A DNA stretch of 64,000 bases from Paramecium tetraurelia (lineage: Eukaryota): the NCBI GenBank assembly GCA_000165425.1, contig CT868585.1, positions 248,001 through 312,000 on the forward strand. Reading direction: 5' to 3'. The notes under the pieces were generated by a model that saw only the letters and a list, made by a program, of their open reading frames with translations, was not told the DNA's origin and ran no database searches. The translations under genes were made by a program, and so were the position numbers. Of this stretch, positions 14,407 through 28,349 are shown in pieces. Numbering within the stretch: the first letter of the stretch is position 1; every line of letters begins with the position of its first letter.

Positions 14407-16142
14407 ATGAAAGCACCCACTCATAGGTGCCTATTATCGAGTTTAATCGAAAGTAATGAAAAGACTACTCGTTAAGCCAAGACACACGAATCTTTTGAGA
14501 GGTTGAAGAATTCTTAACCGTAAACTGCAACTCCCAAGACTTAAATGACTAGTAGGAAAAGCAAATAGATGAGTTTGGTGCAAGTGCAACAGCTAATTTA
14601 GTAACCACTTTTGCGAAAGAACCATACAGCTTTGTCTGAGGTGCCTCATACTTGGAATACAAGTCGAAGCATAGAAAAGACAGTGGACTTACTTGCTATG
14701 TCTTAACATAAACGAGTGAAGTGGCTTGAAAAATAAAAATCTTTGCTAGCTTAACAACAACCAGTTACAGAGCGTGTTTAGACAAGTCGTATAAAGTAAA
14801 TGGCAACTGCTGCTAATTATAACAATTTTCTTAAGAAATTCAATGGTGAATATCTGATGATTTTGGATAAGAATAAAACAGCAGCACCGCTTTAAAAAGT
14901 ACAAAATGAAACCTTAGAAAATAATGAGAGGTAATTCATTTTCAAGCAGCCATTACGCATAGTGAAGGGATTGAGTGAACACATGCTGAGAATGAAGAGT
15001 ATAACTAGACAACATGAATCATTGCGTTCACCTCCTAGGAAATTTTCGAATCCTCGTTATTAATTAACTAATGCGAATAGAGTTCGCTTTTCTAAATATT
15101 ATTAAGATGATAGTTTGAAAGTGTTGAAATCTTAGAAAAGAGATCCGAACTAAATCTTTAAGGAGTTGCATATTGAAGATATCCAATATACTGATTTAGA
15201 CAGAGCATAGAATCATCCTATAAATATTGCCTTATTTAATATGTTGAAAGATGAGGAAATTATTCTAAGTATTTTATTTGTTAAATTCAGAGTAATAGTA
15301 ACTCGAGGAAGCAGAAAAATATACTGCTTAAGAACTAATAAAATAGAGATAAGAGATTGAAAGATTTGATGAACTCACTCGTTAAGAGTATCATCGAAAA
15401 TGTTATGTGGATTTCAAATCCAAAGTTATCAATCCAAAATATCAACCCAACTATTTGCGTTTAGATTAATCCTTATTAGAATTATTTCCAAAGAACTAAG
15501 TTGTGAACTCTGAATTATAGAAGAAATTGAGAAGACACAAAATACTGAATATGATAAAGATGTTCTTGTTTAGATTACACGAACTACATCTCAATCTTGA
15601 AGATCTCATTAAACATAAAATTTATCCTCTAGCAGCATATGCTAATGAAAGATCTAAATTATTTTTTGATTTAGTAAAATCTAACAAGATTGAACTAACT
15701 CGTAGAGAATTACAAGAGAACAGATATTTAGTGTATGAGTTTGATCCATCCAAATTAACTCCTCTTCATCATGCAGTCATTCGCAATCACGTGGAAATGG
15801 TAGAATTACTTATGGAATATCATGCTGACGTTAATCGCCGTGATATTGTACTTATTCTTCTATTATCTAGCTTGGAAGAACTCCTCTCTTCTTTGGAATC
15901 CGCTCTGGTTACAATGATTGTGTATAGCAGTTGCTGTATCATTAAGCAATTCCTTGGTCCAATAAAAAGAATCAATATGACCTATATTTGGATATGCTCA
16001 GCGATAAAGTTAGGGATTAGTACCGTAAGTCAAAAAATGTAATATATCTTGATAATTGAAGTACCATTTATAAATGTAAATGATGCCTTATACAAAAAGA
16101 GCAGCTTTCTGGGTGGAGCGAAGATATTATTTTACTTAATGA
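14407..16142 (+). CDS. Protein with C-terminal ankyrin repeats
   Basis: Open in code 6 with small introns. KLTPLHHAVIRNHVEMVELLMEYHADVNRRDI/LGRTPLFFG. Confidence 0.8.
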
Positions 16143-17766
16143 ATAATATAAATTTATCTAATTTATTCGTTTTAATATCCTTTAAATTATCTTGAAAAGC
16201 TTTTTAAAATGACTTGCTATTTTATTACATTCACTAGTATTTTTTTAATCGACTTAAATATCTTCATTTAATAATAATATTATATGGTCTATTTTTAAAT
16301 AATATTATATATAAATGTACTGCAATCTTTCTAATATTTTACGCCCTGATTTATTTCTAATTTCTAGAAGTGCTTATTTTAATTCTCAAAACATATTAAT
16401 AAGTTTATCATATAGATCCACATTTAAATTTCAAAGAATTTGTCATATTTATTATTTATAATATTTTTCCTGTTCTTGAGCTTATACTATAGAATGGTTA
16501 TGCTTTAAGGCAAATAAACAAATATTATTTTTTGTAAAAATTAAGTAATGATTATGAATATTAATTAATAATTTTAACATAACATGGAAAATTTTTTTAT
16601 TTAAATATTTTTAATTCTAAGAAAACAATTTTTAAATATATATTTGTTGATATGAAATCCATATAGTTTCTATTAATAGAAATATCCACCTATTAAAATA
16701 TATATTCCTTTATTCTAAAGATACATTTAATATTAAGTCTGAGAATAATGATTTTCTTTAATTTAAATAATTACTTATGGCATTTTGACTTTAAGGTGAT
16801 GGAAATCGAAAACTTGAAAACATGTTGCTTAAAGGATGTAATTTGATCAAAATAAGTTTTAGAGATCAAGCACAATCAATTTAATCATAATTAAATTATA
16901 TATAAATTCAAAAGTCCCCCACGTAACTAAAGTCTAAAATATTGAAAAAATTTTCTAATTCCATTTAAAATTGAAGAAAATAGTTGAACATAAATATATT
17001 TATCAAATTTTGGGATTTCTTAATGATACTTTTCTTCGAGCTTGATAATTTCTTTTTGATTTTATAAGTCTTTTTGGGGTTATTGCTTGGATATCGTTGG
17101 CAATTTCTTTCACAGCACTCTAATTTTGATTCAAATGAGTTTTAAAGGTTGGTGTTCTAATTTCTTATTCATTGTTGAATTTTTCAGCCATTTGGTTCCT
17201 TTTAACTGAAAAATTGATCTTCTCTAACTCTAATAAGACAAAATCTAATGTTCTAAATTTTAATGATTCGACTGGTTTATAGCTTAAATGGCACATTCTT
17301 GGCTTTATCATTAGATTATAAATTAGATAAATATGAAATGATTAAGTATGTTTGATTAAATGAGTTAAGAGCTTAAAGATAATAATTTAGAATAAATAAA
17401 AACTATATGATATTTAATTTTTTAAATACCTAATAATAATAGAGTATTATATAATTAATTTTTAGAATAATAAATTTTTATATTTGAAATTTTGAATAGT
17501 ATTATTATAAATCCAAGTAAATTTATAGAACTCTAAAGTACTCATGCTTTTCATTAAAAATAGGTTGATATTTAAATTAATAAAATGTTATTTTCTTCAA
17601 AATGAAATTACTTTTGTACTCCTTTGTATGATGAGCTGAACACTTAAGAAGAAGGAGTAAATTAGTAAATTTAAGACATTTTTGATATAAGATTTATCGT
17701 GCTGTTTAATCTCATAATTTATTTTACTGTCTAAATATAAATGTAATATTATTTATTCTAATGATA

Positions 17767-18879
<1,113 letters not shown>

Positions 18880-19810
18880 TAATTATATTATTTATAAGTC
18901 AAATTTTATAAGGTAAGTTTCTGCTTTCAAATATATTAATTTTCTTTAACATTAAAAAATCTCTCAAATTATGGGAGTTATGTAAATCCTTGTGTGCTCT
19001 AGTGAATGAATATTATGAGTATCTAATACAAAATTTTATATCATTCGAATTTAGAATTTCTTAGAAAATATTGAATCTTTTTCGTGTTATTTTTGAAATA
19101 AATTGGTAATTAATTTAAAGGGAAAATAATAAATTAATGTTCAAAAGCAGTTAAGGTACTCTAAAATTGGAGATTATCAAAGTATTTATAAAACTAAAGT
19201 AAGTTTATCTCAAACGGATAAGATTTAGAATTTATTAAATAAATTATTAGGAATATCAATAAAATCAATATCATTGAAAATATTTATAGTCAATTCTCAA
19301 ATTTTGATTCTTATTTATATATAATATTCTATATTTGATTTACTTAAAAGGGTTATTTCCCCTTGATTATTCAATAATCAAAATATATTACTTGATCTCA
19401 CTCAAATGACACCACCTTTGCTACATTTCATCCATAATCTTTAGTATAATTATTTAGTAAGCGTATTTTTGTACTTTTGGTTTATCAAATTTTTGAATTG
19501 AAAACAAGAATCTCAAGCATTAGAGTGGGGATAATAGTTAGTATAGTATTTCTATAGTTATAGCTGCGATTGAATAAAAGAAAGATAAGATTCAGTCTTG
19601 AAATTCTTATTATTTAATGCTCCAAAAAAAATAGGCTATAAAATATTGAATAATCAAAAAGAGAATTAAGCATCTAGTTGAAATCTAAATAGAATAAAGA
19701 ATGAGGATTGATAATTTTATCTAGATTATATCTCACCTTTTGGTATCAAAAAAAAAATAAATATTACTAACAAATTTATATATTATTGAGAATAAATTTG
19801 TGAAAATTAA

Positions 19811-21026
19811 ATGATTCACAAAGATGTTGTATTTGGAAATCATATCACAGCTAATAAGTTAGAAAGATTGGTTAAAAAATAAAGGATGTTGTTGAAGTCA
19901 TCATATGATACAAAATAAGAAACAAGAAATAGAAAAATTTGTAAATCTAAAAGCTTCAAATTCGAAATTCATCCACGCTTTTTTTAGGATACCCGCAATC
20001 CTTCAATGAAAAACTATATACAATTATAGTTACCTATTGAAAATAGTCCTATTCGTCGGGCTTCTTCTAAGCCTGTTTTGGAAGTTTTTTCAAGGAGTTA
20101 GAAATCAATGACCAGCCTATTATTAAAAAATACCATTATTGCAAACAAGTTGTAGAGGAGATGGAGCAATTATGAATTAATGAGCGAAAAATAAAAGCGT
20201 CTCAATACCAAAGCTCCAAAATCAGTTATTAAATATTAATATCTTATGGCAGTAAAGGCGAAGAAAAAGAAAATTCAAAGAATGAAAATGCAATACAGTA
20301 AGTTCATTTTACTATATAGAGTTTTTGGGGAGAAAGAATAATAAGGTTAAAAAAACCAGAAGTAAAACACAGCCATTAGATCCTGTCATTAAAATGAGAC
20401 ACAAAAGAGCTTAGACAGAAATTAAAGAGTCAAATGAAGGACCGATATTCCCTTTGGAAAATAGTTTAGTTCGAAAAATTGTTAAATTAATAATGATGAA
20501 GAAAACAGCTGTTAAAAGATAAACTTGTTTTTAAATTCCAAAAGGAAGTATGCTACTTTCGAAAGAAAAATTAATCAAATTTTAATAATAAATCAATTAA
20601 AAGTTAGTTTCATAATCTGAATCTGAGAGCCAGATTGATGGATCTCCTTACCTAGATTCTTTAGGATCATATTAAAGAAGAGTTAATTTTGAAGAGAAAA
20701 AGTTTCAAATCAAAGTTATGTCTAGGAAGAAGTAAAACCTTATCAAAGCATTATAAAATAAGCAAGCTTTCAGTATTATAACTTCATATGTTTCAAATAA
20801 GGCTAAAACTTAAAATTCTATTTAACAACAAAATTCTTAGAATTCCCTTTATTAAAAGAGTACATAGCAAACACTTTGTGATTTTATGTCCAAATAAGGA
20901 GATAGATTAACGACATTTCATACTACACAAGAATAGCCATAAATTAAATAAAAAGCGAAACAACGACCAAATATGTTAGCAAAATTATTTCCTTATCTAC
21001 AGCCTTATAAAAATAGCAACAAATGA
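19811..21026 (+). CDS. Hypothetical basic, Q/K/S-rich ciliate protein
   Basis: Long TGA-free frame with two GT..AG mini-introns (~19858 and ~20297). Ends LFPYLQPYKNSNK-TGA. Confidence 0.6.
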
Positions 21027-21453
21027 TTATAAATTTTCCAATTTTTGCTTATCTAAAAAAATAAGATTATTGTTTATAGAGAAATTTTATAGCTAATGTT
21101 AAATTTCTAAAAGTTCATTCATTTAATATGGATTAATTTTATTTAATAAATAACTTTTATTTAATACCCAAATTTCCTTAATGTTTTTTTCAGCATTTAA
21201 ATATTATATTATTCATTTTTATGATCTTATTGATATTCGAAGTAGCCATTGACATTCTTAGGCAAAAAATTATCTTAGGGACTGAATTATACTAAATAAG
21301 AGGGATTAGCTTACAATTTTCTTTGAATTATTGATAGAATGCATAAATGGGGAATTTGATTTTGTTCTTAAGGAGACTAATATTCAGACTAGAATTTGAT
21401 GAAGCCAAAACAATCCCCCATAATATCATCATAATTTATTAAAATATATAGAA

Positions 21454-23250
21454 ATGGATTTACAATTTCTTTTTGATCATTAGTTATTAGAGTTACACTG
21501 TTCTTCTTGGAATTTTGTGTATATTTAGCTTTTAAAAATGAAAAAACCTTCAATTTTACCACTTATGGATGAGATAAATTATTCTAGAGTGAGATATAAA
21601 AATGTCAAAAGATTTTTTCTTGGTCTCCTTTCCTATTCATTGATTTTATACAATAGATAACTTATATCCAGAGAAGAACTTAATTTAAACAGAAATCATG
21701 CAAAAGTGCAAATATACATTAAGTTAGTGGTAAATGATAATTTTAATGTTTTAGATTTTTCATCATTTATTTTAAAAAATTGCTCAACATTGTTATCAAT
21801 TCTCATTAATCCTTAATACTCTCATGCCGTTGTTATTAATTTTTGCTCAGCAAAAGCATTTGTAAATTTTATCTAACCTCAAATAGGAGATTAGATTGAT
21901 AAGATTTCTTGATTCTTGACATATATTTATTTAATCTTATGTTATATTTTGGAAGATTTTAATTAATTACTTTATTAGAGATATAATAATTGATAAAAAA
22001 TATATCTCTATTGTCTTATCAGAATCTAATACATCTTAATTTTTTCATTATCTTTTATCATTAAGTAATGAATCTGATCACAGACTCAAAAACGATTGAA
22101 TTTTTAATAAACTGTTAAGACTTTTTAAATTCAATCCTTGACAAAGGCCAACTTGAATAAATGTGTCATCAAATGATTGACTCCTTTTGTAATATTATGA
22201 AACATCTCTAGATTTATATTTGGAGGAAATATAAAACTAAAAGAGCGACAGAAGCTTTGAATTAAAATCGAAATCATAATTTGAGTTATAGTTGCGATTC
22301 TTTCAACAGAAATCTTTGAAATCTTAAAAGGAAATTTTGAAGGTAGAGACTGAACTAAGAAAAGAACTTCATCAGCAGAATTAATATTTCGAGATTAGAT
22401 TTAAACTTTAATTAGTGTAAATGGGAAATTGATAAAGATATTCTTCATCTCTCCAAGGAAATAGGGATTACTTTAACTACAATTTGAACAACTTAAGAAG
22501 AAATATGAAGATTTATAATTTTTGATTCAGAATTTGGCTGAGTAATTGGCCGCTGTACAAACGAATTCAAGAATAGATACTAACACACAACAAAATAATT
22601 ATTCTATAATAAATTGCTAAGATGAATCATTTGAACTACAATTTTAACAATAAGAATGTTAGTATTCAAATTGTATTTCGTATAATTAAATTAATTTTAA
22701 ATGGGAAAAGATTTAACCAAGTATATCATCTATTAGGAACTCTATAAACAAATGGAATCCAAAAATACTAGATGTGACATCTAATCAAGAGAAAAAATCA
22801 GATCCTTGGTATTTCTTAATAATAGCAAAGAGGAGTAGTGTGATCCTTATTATGATATTTTAAACTGGTAATTCCCCTTAATTATACTTAGATTACTCAA
22901 TCTGTCAAACTAGATTTGGGATAAGCTTATATCTTTACTATGAATTTTGATCACCTTTTCAAGAAGTTCAAGAATGATTGTATTCCTTTCAATCTATGGT
23001 ATTAAAAAATAATAGATGGGATTTTAAATGAATTATACTAAATATCATGATCTCAGAAAAGATATTCTCATATAGAATATACGTATAAAAAGCAGTTAAT
23101 TTATTAATAAATATTTTGTAATTTCATTTCAATGGAATTTTTTCATAATTATATCAAAAAGAACTACCTAAATGTTTCTTTAATTAAACATTTTTTCATA
23201 AACAATAAATATTTGAAATAATTTTTGAGAATTATTTTAAGCAAGGGCTA
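21454..23250 (+). pseudogene. Probable decayed protein-coding gene
   Basis: Long coding-like stretches (MDLQFLFDH..., LQFEQLKKKYEDLQFLIQNLAEQL..., DPWYFLII) broken by repeated TGA and frame changes not explained by GT..AG mini-introns. Confidence 0.35.
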
Positions 23251-23427
23251 TATTTTTACGGGTAGATGTTGTAGGTAATTTAAAAAAATTTAAATTATTA
23301 ATTTGTTAAAATTTTTTTATGCAATCCATATTATTAAAAACATTTTAAATTTAATAATAGAATTATACTAATAGAATTTGGAACTATAAATATTTTGTAG
23401 AGAATATTAAAGATATTAATATATATT

Positions 23428-26400
23428 ATGTTATAATTTTAAGAGTTAGCTAAGATATAATTGACTGATGACAATCGATTTATTTAAACTCCCAAACTTT
23501 GTAATGAATAAGGTACCAAATGGTTAATTGGATATAATCATCTTATTGAAAGTGATGAGGATTATGAAAAGTTCAAGGATGGAATTAATAAGGACCAAGC
23601 CTAAGATTTATTATTAGAGGATATCAATACTGCAAAAATTGTACTTGAAAATGAGTATAATGAAAAATATGGAGAAAATAGCTTCCAATAATTAAATATA
23701 GGTTGCTAATATCTTCTTTTATCTATTCTGTTGAATACAGGAAGAGTATTGCAATACTCTAGATTGATAAAGGAATGCTAGGCTACGAGATTTTATCAAG
23801 CCTTAAAATTGAATGAAAGGAAACACATTAGTGATGAGAATCAAAACAATTTGTTAAAGGTTAAATCCATAGAGGAACAAAAATTTTTTTAAGAAAATTT
23901 TGATCAAAATGGAAATCCAAAAAAAGAAGGTGTATGGAAATATGAAATACTTCAAACAAATGAAGAAAATCTAATTTATGATACTGAGAAGCTTAATGAT
24001 AGGTTTGCAACATTAGAGTAGTACTCTATATTTGCTATGAATACTGATTTAGAATTTTGTAATCGTAAGAGTCCAGAATGGATTACATTTTTAAGAGATT
24101 AGGAAGGAAAAAAGTATAATTTTGCCAGCTACAATGAAGAAAAAAAATTGTGGTTTCCTGTTAATGTAAAAGATCAAGATTATTAAATAATTGGATATTC
24201 TCATATATGTAAACCCAAGGAAGTGTTAGCATACAAAGACGGTTTAACAGAGGGATAAGTTAACTATCTGTTCTTAGCTGATTATGATAAAAATTTTTTA
24301 AAGTTAAGGAGATTTTTTAAATCTGAATATCCAAATGTTGATTTAGATAGTCTTACTTCTTAAGCTTAATTATTATTGATAGACTTATCTTTTAGAAACT
24401 GGCCATTAACATCTTATAGAAAATCCATCGAACTTGCAATTCAAAATAGAATATAGGAGGCAATATGCGAGAGTCACATATATTACAGGCCTGATGAGTC
24501 AGTTAATTCTCATTATTATGTAAGATAGGATGAAATTAATAATTTCCTTAATTAAATTTCATCTACCTATGTACTTTAAAAGAATGTTTAAAAGAATTTC
24601 CTTGAGGACCCTAAATTGAATAATATAGTAGGTGTTAAAATTACTGAAAATAATTTTAGCTTCGTTCTTAATGAAGAAGCTGAAACGAAGGTTTAGATAT
24701 AGGATTTGTTCACTTTTTTGAAGGTTTATTATGATCCAGAATTTGCAAATTACCAAATTGATATGTCATTTACATTAGACCCAGAAGAGAACGATTAAGA
24801 AATGAATAGTCCTTTTTAATAAAAAATTTATTTCCCAAAATATTTAGAAGGAACGCATGTTGGAGAAGTTCTTTAAGAAGATGATTTTATATTAAAGCAA
24901 ATGAGTTTAGGAATAGAAGTATTGTCAAGAGAGCCATTGTAGACTAGACCATTTGATTATGGAAACCTAGATCTATAGCCTATATATAAATTAGATCCAG
25001 AATATTTTGATAGAATATTTATTAAAATTGGAAAATTAAAGTTACACATTATAGAAGATAAAAATAATAATGTTAATAAACTTGAGATCGAGAACATTTA
25101 AATGGCTGTTGATGCAAGAATTGTTAATGAAGAACTTTAGGATGAGGAAATTTAGGATGAAAATAATGGAGCATATAGATTTGCAAATTAATTTGGTAAA
25201 ATTTATGATTAAATTGCACAAAAATATCCTATCCTAGTAAGATTAAAACAAGTTTTAATGGCTAATTATCTAGCCAAATATATGTTTGAAAAAGGGATTT
25301 CATTAGATTATAAATTGATTGAAGAAATATTCAATAAGAATCTCATCCAAAATTATTAACCTTATAAAAGTCCAACCTTAAAATTAGATGTAGAAGATGA
25401 ATAGTAAATTATTTCTGTAAGAGGAGGAATAGATGGAAATACGGAGGAAGTGAATACTCAATTAGAGGAGGAACATAAAAAACTAGAGTAAAACCCAAAT
25501 TAACAATCTGTTGAAATATAATCAGATAAATTGGATGCTAAAATAGAGAGATGCGATAGCGTAGCAAGTTTTTCTACATAGGATTCAGAGAGTGAAATAT
25601 AATTAGAACCTGCAATCTCGTGTGGTAAATGTGGGTAGAATTTAGAATCATGTGAATTAAATAAAAAAAATAAAGATAAAAATTGCAAAAGTTGTCAAGG
25701 CTAAAAATGTTCAAAGTGTTAATCATTCTTTGATTGTCCTTTGTAGTAGATTGAAAAAGAAAATTATTGTAAGGAATGTATAAAATGCCATGAATGCAAT
25801 AGATAAGAGCCAAGAAGGTCGGTAGGATCATTTTTTTATCATGAAGATTGTTTAAAGATATCAAAAAATTCAGCACTTAAAAAAGAAATGATTGCTTATA
25901 TTAAGAAATATTTTGGAACAAAAATAAAAAAAGGAGATAATAATGATAAACAGATTTATTTTTAATCTGAAGCATATAGCAGTTTAAATTTAAAAGATTA
26001 CATAGGATATATAATTGGTTATAATCATCCAATTATTAAAAGTAAATTACAAATTGATCCAAAAACATATAAAATAACATAAGATTAGGCTGATAAATTT
26101 TTAATTCAAGACTTAGATTCATTAGAAAGAGAGTTATATGATTTTTATTAAAGACAAAATAAAAAGCCAAAAGATTATACAGAAAACATCAGAATGCTCT
26201 TGCTATTTGTTCTATTCATATTTAAAGATTTCCAAAGCGTTCTCAATTTAGCTCATCAAAAAGCTTATAATCATCTATACATTGACATAACTAAATATCA
26301 ATATCCTAAAGAAGGTGTCAAACTTCTAAAAACTAGGGTTGAATTGGCTTTAGAATTCTTTAATGATCGCTTCCATAGAGAAGATGGAAGAATTAGAAAA

Positions 26401-26451
26401 GAAGGTATTCTCAATTTTGTAAAGAAAGGTTTACCTACCTATAAAAGATGA
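23428..26451 (+). CDS. Intronless 1007-aa multidomain protein: two lysozyme-like domains, DUF1598-like domain, LIM-like zinc fingers, third lysozyme-like domain
   Basis: ATG 23428 to TGA 26449-26451 is 3024 nt in a single frame. Three copies of IGYxH...G/K-I/L-T/N-xxQA/VxxL-x-xxD. Motif EGTHVGEVLQEDDFILKQMSLG. CxxC clusters at 25621-25851. Confidence 0.8.
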
Positions 26452-26605
26452 CTATTATTAAATTATAAGTATTTCAAAAGATGTATTATAATATTCTCAA
26501 TAATATTCTTCAATCACTTTGAATCACATCGTTATTAATTATGTTATTGACTCTTAATTTTAATTTAAATCTATATAAATTGATTATAATATTATTAATA
26601 ATAAA

Positions 26606-27675
26606 ATGTAATAATAATAATTAAATTAACAGTCTTAAAGCATAAAAAAAATAGAGGGCTCATCAACTAGTCCTTATAGTAAGATCAAGTTTGACAATAA
26701 GTAATCCTAAAGTTCTCCAAGCATATTAGTATTAATATATTAATGTTTAGAAAGAGATTGGCTAATATGTGTATAATTTAAATGATGTGATTGGAACTGG
26801 AGAATTCAGTTCAGTGTATAAAGGTTAAGATTAAAACACAAATGAGATAGTGGCTATCAAGATTATTGATAGGAAAAGCATTTAAAACAATTAAATTTTT
26901 AGAAGTTTATTAGTTAATGAGATAAGCATCCTAAAGTCAGTAGATAATAAATGCTTGCTTAAATTATACAATTACCTTGAAACAGTCAATAATATCTATA
27001 TTGTAACTGAATTTTGTTCTGATGGTAATTAGTCTTTGGATTTTAGGTGATTTGCAATCTATAATAGAAAAAAAGGGATATTTACCAGAACATAATGCAG
27101 TGAAGATTTTAAAACATCTCATTAAAGCATTGCTTTATTTAAAGGAAAGAAATATTGTACATAGAGATATTAAGACATAAAATATTTTAGTTTCAAATTA
27201 AATACCAAAATTAGCAGATTTTGGATTTGCAATTGACTTGAATCAACCCCAAACAAGGTATTTATATAATATATGTAGAGATATTTTATAAATTGGAACT
27301 CCATTATACATGGCTCCAGAAATATATTCTCATTATCAATATACTTCAAAAACAGATTTATGGGCCCTTGGTATAGTATTTTATGAAATGTTATTTGGTA
27401 TGAAATAATGAAATAATTAGGAAAGGTACCATTCAATGCTAAAAACCCTAAAGAACTTGAATAAATGTTTTAATTTCAGAGAAAGAGTTAAACTATATAA
27501 TATGATAATGGTCCATAAAAAGTCACAGAGACAGCCTAAGATTTTATAAATTCCATATTAGTAATTGACCCTAAATAAAGATTTGATATTTCATAGGCTG
27601 CAAATCATCCACTAATATAAAGTACTTTTTATAGTAATAAAAGATCCACATCCGCATGCAAATAAATAAAATTGA
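26606..27675 (+). CDS. Ser/Thr kinase (ULK/Atg1-like ciliate expansion)
   Basis: IGTGEFSSVYKG, VAIK, HRDIKTQNIL, DFGFA, GTPLYMAPE, DLWALG. Several mini-introns. Confidence 0.9.
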
Positions 27676-28349
27676 ACTATTGTTAATTATCAATCAAGTA
27701 TTTATCATGTATAATTAAAAAATAACAATTTCTACTCATTTATAAAATTAATATTCTCATTAAGTTCCTGCTAAATTTATTAAAAATAGGATAGAAGTGA
27801 AACTTGATTAAATAGAATAAATAAGTAAAAAATGTCAATAAAAAATTATATTTAATGATCTGTTAATTTTAATCAACTCTTCAGAGCATTTATAATGTGT
27901 GAATAATAATCCTATGTAGAAATCAAATTTTGATCAGCCTATTCTTATGTTACATTTCAATCAATTGATATTTTACTTTAATAATTGGGTGATTTTAACC
28001 AATTTATCCTAAAAAATCTTTTAAATTTTAACAATAATAAGTTTATGATTAAAAAGTCACATTTTTTTCTCATTCATATCTCCTTTTTTGTTTGGTTCCA
28101 TCATTTCTTTTTTAAAAACTAAATCTAACTAATATTTTAAGCCTTAGCAACTTTAATAAATTCTATCTTAAACCTCACTTTTAAATTCACATGGTTCTAA
28201 ATTCTAATTGCATTCATTAATACAATTATCCATTTTGTTTTTCACTTATAGTATAATTATTCTTATTTAGGTAGATTTTATAATAATTGTACTTCTATTA
28301 AATTATGGATTAATTTGATTTATCATAAATAAATTAAACAATAATAAAG

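Noticed and set aside
13830..17330. Short coding-like stretches at ~13830-14010 and ~16900-17310
   Set aside because: TGA-free stretches arise easily in AT-rich DNA with a single stop codon; no recognisable motifs.
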